This document shows positions 1 through 10,142 of a stretch of DNA of 64,000 bases, piece by piece (the stretch's first letter is position 1; each line of letters starts with the position of its first letter). Both the position numbers and the translations under genes were made by a program. Below the pieces are notes generated by a model. That model was not told the DNA's origin. It was given only the letters and a program-made list of their open reading frames with translations, and did not search any database. This DNA is from Mobula hypostoma (taxonomy: Eukaryota), in contig NC_086097.1 of assembly GCF_963921235.1 (NCBI RefSeq), forward strand, positions 202,680,001 to 202,744,000, given 5' to 3'.

Positions 1-2037
1 TGGTGTTTCCAATATTTGGTTGGAGGAAATTTCTGCTCATCCATTCCTAGCTGCTGGACAAGCAACCTGACATTTGAAAGACATGGGACATACTGTAAGT
101 GATATGGTAAATCTAGGTGACATCAGCAACCATGAGGAAACTAATAATGCTGCTTAATAGCAAGATGCAAATGGAAACAGGAGGACAGGTGTTGATATTT
201 AAGGAACGTAGAGGTGTGGAACTGGGAAGAGAAACTTGTGGAAGTGAGAAAACAGCCTTGATCACAGAGTGAATGTGCAAACTCCATGTAGCCAACACTG
301 AAGATCAGTATTGAACATGTTTTGCTGAAGCTGTAAGTTAGTAGCTCTACTCACTGAAGAACAGTGCCACCCACCCTAGCTTTGACATAGTTGATTAAAA
401 AAATGAACCAAATAGGTGATCCTACCTATCTGAGTAGAAGTTGGTGAAGTATAATATGGTAACCGTGTTAAAGGCTGCCGAATATTTGTAAAAAATGGGA
501 GTGATAGATTAGCTTTGTCAGTTACTTTTGGATGGAGGTAGTTAATTTGAACATATTTGGTACTGTGTCTATTTCATGTCTTTTGGTAAAGGTTTAGATT
601 CATGAAGTAGCAGCCAAGGTTAAATAACTATATTAATTACATATGTGAAATATTATTTTGAGGTAAAGTGGTGTAGTGGTTCACTTTCAACTGGATGTGT
701 ACAAAGGATTTTTATAACTGCTGATATTGGTAGTTTATTTGTTTAGTTTACGCTTTGACTTATTGCTTTCAAAGGTGAATTGCTCTGCCTTTTTAAATTT
801 GACAGGAAATAACTCTGGGGCTTGGGCTTGTGGTTGATCACTCCCTGTCCTACATAATTTCTAGCAGAGGGCTGAAATTTCCAGGTACATCGTCATACAG
901 TGTGAAGGGAGGAGTAATTAAGCAGTTAAATAATCTGGTGGCTGGAGTGATGGAGGAGGAACTTAATAGATTAGATTGACCACATTTTGTTCGTATTTTG
1001 AAGTGTGTAACTGTATTATTATCTTAATTTTAAGAATGCTTTTTTGCATTGACTCTTTTACCCAGTGATACGTTTAAACACATTTTTGTTTGTTTGCCAA
1101 GAACATAGTGTTCCAGGCTGTCACTTGGTGACGTCTGTTGCTGGTCTGAAGCCAAAGGATAATGTAGTTTATTCTCCTACAATGCATATTGGCTGATTAG
1201 TTGGGGAGCTTAACTATGCAATGAAAAGGAAGGGCTTGGCAAATATATTCATAAGACGTAGACGCTTTTGAGTTTTTTTTCAAGAATGCTTTATAAATGA
1301 TCGGAAGTATGTAATATAAAACATTCAGGTTAATGTTTTGATAACAAATGTTACTTCCGTTTCTTAATGTTTGTGCATCGTTTTTTGTCATCCATTTACA
1401 ATCTTGAAAAAATATTTTGTCAGGTCTTAACACAAGTTTGAATTGATTTTTGTGCAAAGGCAGAGAAATCCCAAACTGTGGTCTTCCCACGCAGCCTCCA
1501 CAGTGACTACACCCAGGTTCAGCACAACCCTTAGCACATATTCCTGTGCCTTCGAGTGTGTCACTTTGCAGCACTATCACAAACAGCATGTTGTTCTAGA
1601 GTGTCAGTGCATTTTGCACATACCAAACGGCAATTTTTACTACGTTGATAGCTTTTCGGCAGCAATTGATATTTGTCTTGGTACAGCCTGCGTAGCACGG
1701 AGCTAAGATTGAATCTCGACAAATTCAATGCATCCACCACCTGTCTGACAAAGAAGCATTCACAAACAAATGGGAAAATGGTCTAATTTCCAGTGCTGAT
1801 CTCACCAAAGCAGTATGCTTGTGGCCTGTATGCTAATCATACACAAAAGATCTGAAGAAGAGTGCCATTCGCATCACCAACCAACAAAGTCTGTTTGAGT
1901 TTTTATTTTGATTGCAACCTTTTTTGTGAAGGTGCTACGCTATGGCATTAGAGATTACTTTTCTTCATTTCTTAATTCTTCACAGCTTGGTAATATTTTT
2001 AGAAAATGTGGAAGCTGTGTCTACACATTTGATTATT

Positions 2038-3034
2038 AACACAAGAAATTTGGCGGTGTTGGAAATCTTGAAAGCACTTGAGGAGCTCAGCAGGTCAGGT
2101 AGCATCAATGGAGATGAATATAGGGCCGAGACTCTTTGTCGGGACTGGAAAAGAAGGGGAAGAAGATGGAATAAGAAGGTGGGAGGAGGGGAAGGAGTAT
2201 AGGCTGGCAGGTGATAGATGAAACCAGGTTCGGGGGGGGGAGGTGTGATTACATAAGAAGCTGGGAGTGATAGGTAGAAGAGGTAAAGGGTTGACTAAAA
2301 AGAAATCTGACAGGAGAGACAGTGGACCATAGGAGAAAGGGAACGAGGGGATGGCAGAGGCAAGTGATAGGCATTTGAAGAGAAGGGATAAGAGGGGAGC
2401 CAGAATGGGGAACGGAGAAAGCGAGAAGGGGGAGGGGGAGAAATTACTGGAAGTTAGAAGAATCGATGTTCATGCCATCGGGTGGAGGCTACCCAACAGA
2501 ATATGAGGTGTTGCTCCGTCAACCTGAGTGTGGCCTCATCATGTCAAATGGAAAGCCATGTACCAACGTGTCAGAATGCGAATGAGATATCAAATTGAAA
2601 GGGGTGGACACAAGAACATCCTGCATTTTGTGTTCGAAGAGCAAAGATGTTCAGTGAAGCAATTCCTCAATCTCTGTTGGGTCTCATTGATGTAAAGGAA
2701 TCCTCACTGGGAGCTCTGGATATAGTAAATAACTCTGACAAATTTTTTTGTGAAGTGCTTGCTCATCTGGAAGGACTGTTTGGAGCCCTGAATGGTGGTG
2801 AGGGAGGAGGTTTAGGGGTAGATGTAGCTCTTGTCCTGCCAGCAGAGATCAGTGTCAGGAAGGAGATCAGTGAGGAAGGACAAATGGATGAGGGAGTCAT
2901 GGAGAGAACGATCCCTGTGGAAAGCTGAGAGTTGGGGAAGGAGGAAGATGTGTTTCGTGGTAGGATCTTGTTGTAATGATGGAAGTTAAGGAGAATGGAG
3001 AATGATGTGCTAGATCCAGAGGCTCATGGGGTGA
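2038..3034 (-). mobile_element. Degraded Penelope-like element (PLE) 3' fragment
   Basis: It is colinear with the better-preserved PLE at 19797-20797: pLTR-like end, purine-rich tract and a decayed GIY-YIG region (ggctaccc...aatatgaggtgttgctcc). Confidence 0.75.
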
Positions 3035-3448
3035 CTTTCAGAAAGTTGGTTTACATTATTTAAATTTATAATGCTTTAACTAGCATTTCTATGAAGTAGT
3101 CAGTTATCTATTAAATTCTTTTCTCCTAATATGATTGTATTGTTTCTTGCAAGGAACAGTGCTCGGGGAATACCAATGTTCTAAAATGTTACCAAAGTGA
3201 CCTGATGCGCCAAGATTGTGAATGTCCATGGCATTTTCATCACGTAGAGAGTTGCTATCTTGCGCCTAGTTTTCATCGAATCACTGAATTTAACAAATCC
3301 ATATTTTAAGAAATATAATGAACCCAATAATTTTATTTATTTATTTGTTTATTTCAAGATACAGCGAAGGGTAGGGTCTTCGATCCGCACCGCCCAGCAA
3401 TCCACTGATTTAACCTGATCCTAATCATGGGACAATTTTCAATGACTT

Positions 3449-3951
3449 ATGCAAACGCGAGGAAATCTGCAGATGCTGGAATTTCAAGCAAAACACATAA
3501 AAGTTGCTGGTGAACGCAGCAGGTCAGGCAGCATCTCTAGGAAGAGGTGCAGTCGACGTTTCAGGCCGAGACCCTTCGTCAGGACTAACTGAAAGAAAAG
3601 CTAGTAAGAGATTTGAAAGTGGGAGGGGAGGGGGAGATCCGAAATGATAGGAGAAGACAGGAGGGGGAGGGATGCAGTCAGGAGCTGGACAGTTGATTGG
3701 CAAAAGGGATATGAGAGGATCATGGGACAGGAGGCCTAGGGAGAAAGAAAGGGAGAGTGGGGAAGCCCAGAGGATGGGCAAGGGATATAGTGAGAGGGAC
3801 AGAGGGAAAAAAAGGAGAGAGAGAAAAAGAATGTGCGTATATAAATAAATAAATAACAGATGGGGTACGAGGGGGAGCTGGGACATTAGCGGAAGTTTGA
3901 GAAGTCAGTGTTCATGCCATCAGGTTGGAGGCTACCCAGACGAATATAAGG
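3449..3951 (-). mobile_element. Young Penelope-like 3' fragment (pLTR plus the end of the GIY-YIG ORF)
   Basis: The pLTR sequence ctgcagatgctgg...gcagcatctctaggaagagg recurs at 13894, 32651 and 40612. The fragment ends in the complement of the GIY-YIG C-terminus (…GSLQPDGMNTDFSNFR*). Confidence 0.85.
3551..3586 (-). ncRNA. Minimal type I hammerhead ribozyme in the Penelope pLTR (intact core)
   Basis: The minus strand reads AGUC-CUGACGA-AGG(gucucgg)CCU-GAAAC-GUC/GACU. It has the CUGANGA and GAAA core, stem I AGUC:GACU, stem II AGG:CCU, a palindromic ACGU stem III and a GUC cleavage triplet (predicted cut between 3555 and 3554). Confidence 0.85.
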
Positions 3952-5135
3952 AAGATAAGGTTAACTTTTCTTGGATTGTGTGAGAAAACTGGAGCACTCT
4001 GTGGAATCCCACACCCACACATGAAGGATCACACAAACTTGCTTACAAAGGATGCTGGAGTTGAACTCCAAACTCTGATGCCCTGAGCTGTAATAGTGTC
4101 TTGCTAACCACGATGCTACCATGACGCCCTTGTTGCAAATAATCAACCAAGAACAGTTTTGCTTTTGACCATGAGGTTTACTTAGCTAGATTACACGACA
4201 ACCTACACTGAGGTTATTATTGCAGCATGAGCATATTTGCTTGATTTTATTGAATGGTCTTTACCACTCAACTTGCTGACTACCCCTTACTTAACCTGGT
4301 TCAATCCAAACATTTTGACCTATAATGTCCCATACCTGACCGACTCATTCTGTTTTGCCAGGAAATTAGGCAATCAAACCATTTACTTAGATGGGTAGAG
4401 CAAATGTGACAGACAACAAAGCCACAACCACAAGTTTACCACCTGTCAAAATTATGCGGCTTCTGCAATATATTAGATGCCCCTGACACCAGAAATAAGC
4501 AATGGAAAATAGACCAAAATGCAACATTTTTAAATAATTGAAGTTATTACTGCAAGTACAAAATTTATAAATAGGCAAATTATCTTATTCTTAACTTAGG
4601 TTTTCCCTGCTGTAACATTTGTATATAAAGTGGCATGTGGTCCATGAACATGTTCCTCAACAATATCCAATAGCAGAGTATACTGATAGATTCAGTGGCT
4701 GAAATCAACTAGTTCAACATTTCTTCATTTGAACATTAATGTGCTGAAGTTCAATACTTGCCTGCATTTACCAAGGAAAGTGTTAGCAGTTGTTACAGAA
4801 CTGCTGGCATTTACCTGCAGTACGAGGGCCAATGCATTTTGATGTAAAGCTTGCACTGCAGTTGGCATAATTTCATTCTTTTGGAAGACAACAGGCCATT
4901 CAAGAAAGGTGGAAAGAGGAAATCAAAAACTAGGCTAGTTAGATTGACAGTAGTTATTGGGAAATTGTTGGAATCTGTTATCAAATAAACAGACAAGAAA
5001 AATTATTTTTGGAAATAAAATTAATAGTTGAGATATTAAGTGTATTTTGTGTTTGCCTTCAAAGAAGAATAAATGAATCTGAAATAGAAAGTTGGAAGGA
5101 CTTAGATGCTCATGAAAGAATGAAAAATGAAGGAG

Positions 5136-5419
5136 TGTGGCGACCCACTTTCTGGCACACACGAACAGGCTCACAACAGCGCGCGCAGGCAGAGGGCCAG
5201 CCCCAAAAAGGGTGCCAGGCCATCTTCACCAGCGGGGGGAAATCCCGCGCGCAGAAAGGGTCTGGGAATATGCATTCCCCACAGCAATCCCACCCAGGGA
5301 GGGCGGGAACGGGAAGGCTTTAAAGCGGGCCACGAAGTTTGAATAAATCTCTTTCATCGCAACTCTAACTCACCGACTCCGTGTGGTTATTCTAGCGCTG
5401 TGTGTAGCACATCGCTACA
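5136..5419 (+). repeat. 5' LTR (284 bp)
   Basis: The ends TGTGGCGA...TCGCTACA form a 7/8 inverted repeat. AATAAA is at 5342-5347. By manual count it differs from the 3' LTR by 11 substitutions and 1 indel. Confidence 0.95.
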
Positions 5420-5421
5420 AT

Positions 5422-5435
5422 TGGTGACCCCGACG
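5422..5435 (+). promoter_or_regulatory. Primer-binding site complementary to the tRNA-Trp 3' end
   Basis: TGGTGACCCCGACG starts 2 nt after the LTR and equals the first 14 nt of the known tRNA-Trp primer site TGGTGACCCCGACGTGAT. Confidence 0.92.
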
Positions 5436-5459
5436 GCCCAAACGATATTTCAACCAGGG

Positions 5460-6164
5460 ATGACTGACGCTGCATCTGTTCACGCAGTTTCGTTAAAACT
5501 GCCAAGCTTCTGGGCGCTGCGACCCCAGTTATGGTCCGAACAAGCAGAAGCACAATTCCACATTCAGCAGATAACCTCGGAGTCCACTGGCTACTACTAC
5601 GTGCTGAGCTCCCTCGACCAGGAGACTGCTGCACAAGTTGAGGAGTTTATACAGTCGCCCCCGGAGGACGGCAAATACACAGCATTCAAAGCCCTGCTCA
5701 TAAGGACTTTCGGACTCTCACGGCACGAACGAGCACGCCGCTTAATGCACCTGGATGGTTTGGGAGACAGGCCGCCGTCAGCATTAATGAACGAGATGCT
5801 GGCCCTGGCTGAAGGACACAAACCCTGCCTCATGTTTGAGCAGGCGTTCCTAGAGCAACTGCCCGAGGACATATGCCTGCTGCTGTCCGACGCAGATTTC
5901 AGCAACCCCTGGGAGGTGGCGGCCCGAGCAGATGTACTGTGGAATGCCAGGAAAGAGAGAGGGGCATCCGTCGCACAGATCACCAAGCCCCGTGCCCAAT
6001 GACAGACCAGACCAGGCCCGGCAGCAGAGCCTACAAAACCCGGCGACGGGAGTGAGGAGCCCAACGAACAATGGTGTTTCTACCACCAGCGGTGGGGCAC
6101 AGAGGCCCGCTGCTGCAGACCGCCCTGCAAATTCCCGGGAAACGCCAGGGCCAGCCGCCGCTGA
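5460..6164 (+). pseudogene. Gag, interrupted by one in-frame TGA at 6000-6002
   Basis: It begins MTDAASVHAVSLKLPSFW. Past the TGA the same frame continues to [19 protein letters not shown] (CX2HX9CX3C) and [11 protein letters not shown], with the stop at 6162-6164. Confidence 0.88.
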
Positions 6165-6187
6165 TGGCTACGGCGGCTGGCCATCAG
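6137..6187 (+). promoter_or_regulatory. Programmed -1 ribosomal frameshift signal (G GGA AAC plus downstream RNA structure)
   Basis: The slippery heptamer (6137-6143) is in gag phase and pol is in the -1 frame. A perfect 12-bp stem GGCCAGCCGCCG/CGGCGGCTGGCC (6149-6160 with 6171-6182) starts 5 nt downstream. Confidence 0.85.
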
Positions 6188-9100
6188 GACAGCCTCCAGT
6201 ACGTCTGGGACAAGCAGTCGGGATGCCGCTTTTTGGTCGACACCGGAGCGGAGATCAGCGTCTTACCTCCAACGAGTTACGACACCCGCAACAGAGAACC
6301 GGGACCCACCCTGAGGGCCGCTAATGGCAGCACAATACGAACCTACGGCACCCGCACGGTGCGGCTACAGTTCAGCTCCAGCCGGTTCACGTGGGACTTC
6401 ACACTGGCCGCCGTGGCCCAACCACTGCTGGGGGCAGATTTTCTACGAGCCCACAGCCTGCTGGTCGACCTGCAAGGGAAGCGATTAGTCCACGCCAAGA
6501 CTTTTCAAACGTTCTCCCTGGGTGAAGCACAGTTGCCAGCCCCACACCTGGACTCCATCACGCTGTTCGACGATGAATTCACCAGGGTCCTGGCGGATTT
6601 CCCATCAGTACTGACACCGCAGTTCACGGCAGCCATGCCCAGACATGGAGTACAGCACCACATCCCGACCCAGGGACCACCCCTCCACGCCCGTGCTCAA
6701 AAGCTTCCCCCGGACAAGCTCCGACTGGCGAAGGAGGAGTTCAAGAAGATGGAGGAATTAGGGATCATACGACGGTCCGACAGCCCATGGGCCTCCCCTC
6801 TTCACATGGTGCCCAAGGCAACGGGGGGCTGGAGACCATGCGGTGACTACCGCAGACTGAACGAGGCTACAACGCCAGACCGCTACCCTGTGCCGCACAT
6901 TCAAGACTTCGCAGCAAACCTACACGGCGCAAGGATCTTTTCCAAGGTAGATCTCGTCCGGGGATACCATCAAATCCCTGTACATCCAGACGACATCCCC
7001 AAAACAGCACTTATCACCCCGTTCGGACTTTTTGAATTCCTCCGAATGCCGTTTGGTCTAAAGAATGCCGCGCAGACTTTCCAGCGGCTAATGGACGCGG
7101 TGGGACGCGACCTGGACTTTGCATTCATCTATTTGGACGACATCCTCATAGCCAGCAGTAGTCGGCAGGAGCATCTGTCCCACCTCCGCCAGCTCTACTC
7201 CCGCCTGAGCGAATTCGGCCTTACAATCAATCCAGCCAAATGTCAGTTCAGACTCGACACCATCGACTTCCTGGGCCACAGGATTACTAAAGACGGGGCA
7301 ACCCCGCTGCCCGCCAAGGTAGACGCGGTCCGCCACTTCCCCCGACCCAACACAATCAAAGGCTTGCAGGAATTCGTGGGTATGGTGAATTTTTACCACC
7401 ATTTCCTCCCCTCAGCAGCCCGAACCATGCGCCCCCTGTTCACCCTGATGTCGGGTAAGGGCAAGGACATTACCTGGGACGAAGAGGCCGCAACCGCTTT
7501 CGTTAAAACCAAAGAAGCCTTAGCAAACGCCGAGATGCTAGTGCACCCCAGAACGGATGTTCCTACTGCCCTCACGGTGGACGCATCCAACACAGCGGTC
7601 GGTGGAGTGCTGGAACAACTCATCGAGGGTCGCTGGCAACCCCTGGCGTTCTTCAGCAAACACCTACGCAAATACAGTGCTTTCGACCCGGAGCTATTGG
7701 CACTATACCTGGCAATCCGGCATTTCAGGTACTTCTTAGAAGGTAGGCCCTTCACCGCGTTCACAGACCACAAACCGCTTACCTTTGCGTTCACTAAGGT
7801 GTCCGACCCCTGGTCGTCCCACTAGCAGCGACATCTGTCCTACATCTCCGAGTACACGACGGACATCCGGCATGTCTCTGGAAAGAACAACGTCGTGGCG
7901 GACTCACTTTCCAGACCTACCATACAGGCCCTGTCCCAGGGGGTGGACTATGCAGCGCTGGCAGAGGCACAGCAGGCAGACGCTGAGATCCCCAGTTACA
8001 GGACTGCAGTCTCCGGTTTATAGCTCCAAGACCTCCCCGTAGGTCCAGGTGAGAGGACCCTACTATGTGACGTAGCTACCGGCCAACCCCGCCCCGTCGT
8101 CCCAGCAGTCTTGGCGCCGGCGGGTTTACGAATCCATTCACAACTTAGCGCACCCCTCCATCAGGACAACCGTCCAGCTGGTCTCCAACAGATTCGTGTG
8201 GCATGGGCTTTGTAAACAGGTCAGTGAATGGGCCAAAATGTGCATGCAGTGCCAAACGGCCAAGGTGCAGCGGCACACCAAGGCTCCGCCGCAGCGGTTC
8301 GAACCCACCCGCTGGAGGTTTGACCACATCCATGTGGATATCATGGGGCCCCTGCCAGTGTCACGAGGAGCTTGGTACCTCCTAACTATGATAGACCGGT
8401 TCACTAGATGGCCAGAGGCAGTCCCGCTCACCGACACCACCTCCGAATCCTGCGCCCGAGCACTGATCGCAACTTGGGTAGCCCGCTTCAGGGTACCGGC
8501 CCACATTACCTCCGACAGGGGCGCCCAGTTCACCTCCAGCCTGTGGTTGGCTATGGCCAGCCTTTTAGGATCGCAGCTACACCACACAACTGCCTACCAC
8601 CTACAGTCGAACGGACTAGTGGAGCGTTTCCACCGTCACCTGAAGTCGGCTCTCATGGCCCGCCTGGAGGGGCCTAACTGGGTGGACGAACTTCCCTGGG
8701 TCCTGCTCGGAATCCGCACGGCGCCCAAAGAGGATCTGCACACCTCGTCGGCCGAGTTCGTGTACGGCGCACCCCTTGTCGTCCCAGGAGAGTTCATACC
8801 GGCCCCAAGGGGGCAAGAGGAAGAACCCACAGCAGTCCTGGACAGACTACATGAGAGGCTCGGTAACCTGGCCCCCATACCCACTTCACAGCACGGACAG
8901 AGCCCGACCTGCGTACCCAAAGACCTGCAGAACTGTAAGTTTCTTTTTGTACGACGAGGTGGACACCGGGCATCGCTACAGCGGCCCTACAAGGGGCCGT
9001 TTAAGGTGATCAGGAGCAATGGGTCCACGTTCGTGCTGGACATTGGGGGGAGAGAGGAGGTTTTCACGGTGGAACGACTCAAACCGGCCCATGTGGACCT

Positions 9101-9422
9101 GGCACAGCCGGTCCAGGCTCAGGCACCGCGGCGCAGGGGCAGAGCTCCCAAACAGAGGCCGATCCAGACTGTGGACATTGGGGGAGGTATCGCGGGTTCT
9201 GGGGGGGGGGGTTATGTGGCGACCCACTTTCTGGCACACACGAACTGGCTCACAACAGCGCGCGCAGGCAAAGGGCCAGCCCCAAAAAGGGTGCCAGGCC
9301 ATCTTCACCAGCAGGGGGAAAATCCCGCGCGCGGAAAGGGTCTGGGAATAGGCATTCCCCACAGCAGTCCCGCCCAGGGAGGGCGGGAACGGGAAGGCTT
9401 TAAAGCAGGCCGCGAAGTTTGA
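6143..9422 (+). pseudogene. Pol (protease, RT, RNase H, integrase), disrupted
   Basis: Motifs are [10 protein letters not shown] (protease), YLDD (RT), TVDAS/TDHKPL (RNase H), and an integrase with H-H-C-C, D-D-E and a GPF-type tail. In-frame TAGs occur at 7823-7825 and 8021-8023, with a frameshift near 8110. Confidence 0.93.
9201..9211 (+). promoter_or_regulatory. Polypurine tract
   Basis: A G11 run ends 3 nt before the 3' LTR. Confidence 0.85.
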
Positions 9423-9499
9423 ATAAATCTCTTTCATCGCAACTCCAACTCACCGACTCCGTGTGGTTATTCTAGCGCTGTGTGTAGCACACCGCTACA
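9215..9499 (+). repeat. 3' LTR (285 bp)
   Basis: It is a direct repeat of 5136-5419 with TGT...ACA ends and AATAAA at 9422-9427. Confidence 0.95.
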
Positions 9500-9619
9500 C
9501 TGTGACACAACGTACTGCAGAAGGTGGAAGTATGAAATATAAACACAATGCTGGAAGTGCTGAGCAGGTCATACTCACAGCAATCATGGTGATCCTCTCA
9601 CAAGAAATTAATATGTCGG

Positions 9620-10090
9620 TAAAAGTCTGCTCAGACTGCAGTTAGATTACTGTGTTCAGTTCTGGTCGCCTCATTATAGGAAGGATGTGGAAGCTTCCTT
9701 CACAGGGTGCAGAGGGTATTTACCAGAAATCTGCCTGGCTTAGAGAACATGTCTTATGAAGAAAGTTTGCATTAGCTGGGGCGTTTCTGTTTGGAGTGAT
9801 GGAGGATGAGGTGCCTTAATAGAGATGTATATAATTATGAGTAGCGTAGATCGAGTGGGCAGCCAGCACCTTTTCCTAGGGCAGTAATGACCAATATCAG
9901 AGAACATTCATTTAAGGTTAGTGGAGGAATGCTTAGGGGAGATGTCAGAGCTAAGTTTTTTACAGAGTTGTAGGTGCTGTGGCAGTAGAGGCTGATACAA
10001 TAGGGATATTTAGGGATATTTAAAACACTCTTAAGGTATGCAGGTGGATGTAAAAAGAACATGGAGGGTTATGAGCTGTGTTGGAGAGAA
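9620..10090 (+). mobile_element. CR1 LINE 3' fragment (degraded)
   Basis: It contains the CR1 ORF2 C-terminal signature tactgtgttcagttctggtcgcctcattataggaaggatgtgg (YCVQFWSPHYRKDV). Confidence 0.8.
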
Positions 10091-10142
10091 GGTTTAGATT
10101 GACTATGGAGTGTGTGTGTGTGTGTATATAGATATAGATATA

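Larger units (their letters stand above)
3331..4129 (-). mobile_element. tRNA-derived SINE (V-SINE/HE1-like) split by a Penelope insertion
   Basis: The tail half (3331-3448) and head half (3961-4129, ...gctaaccacgatgctaccatgacgcc) together match the uninterrupted copy at 49430-49691. Confidence 0.65.
5136..9499 (+). mobile_element. Full-length Ty3/Gypsy LTR retrotransposon, CsRN1-like clade (decayed)
   Basis: Two ~285-bp TG...CA LTRs flank a tRNA-Trp primer site, gag with CX2HX9CX3C, pol in PR-RT-RH-IN order and a G-rich polypurine tract. Confidence 0.96.

Noticed and set aside
5009..5346. Overlapping ORFs across the 5' LTR as an accessory gene
   Set aside because: They start in flanking DNA or at non-ATG codons, have no recognisable domain and reflect the GC-rich LTR.
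6000..6002. In-frame gag TGA (and pol TAGs at 7823 and 8021) as programmed read-through sites
   Set aside because: Each is explained by a single C-to-T change (CGA/CAG) in an element that also has a frameshift near 8110 and an apparent short RNase H deletion. Decay is more parsimonious.
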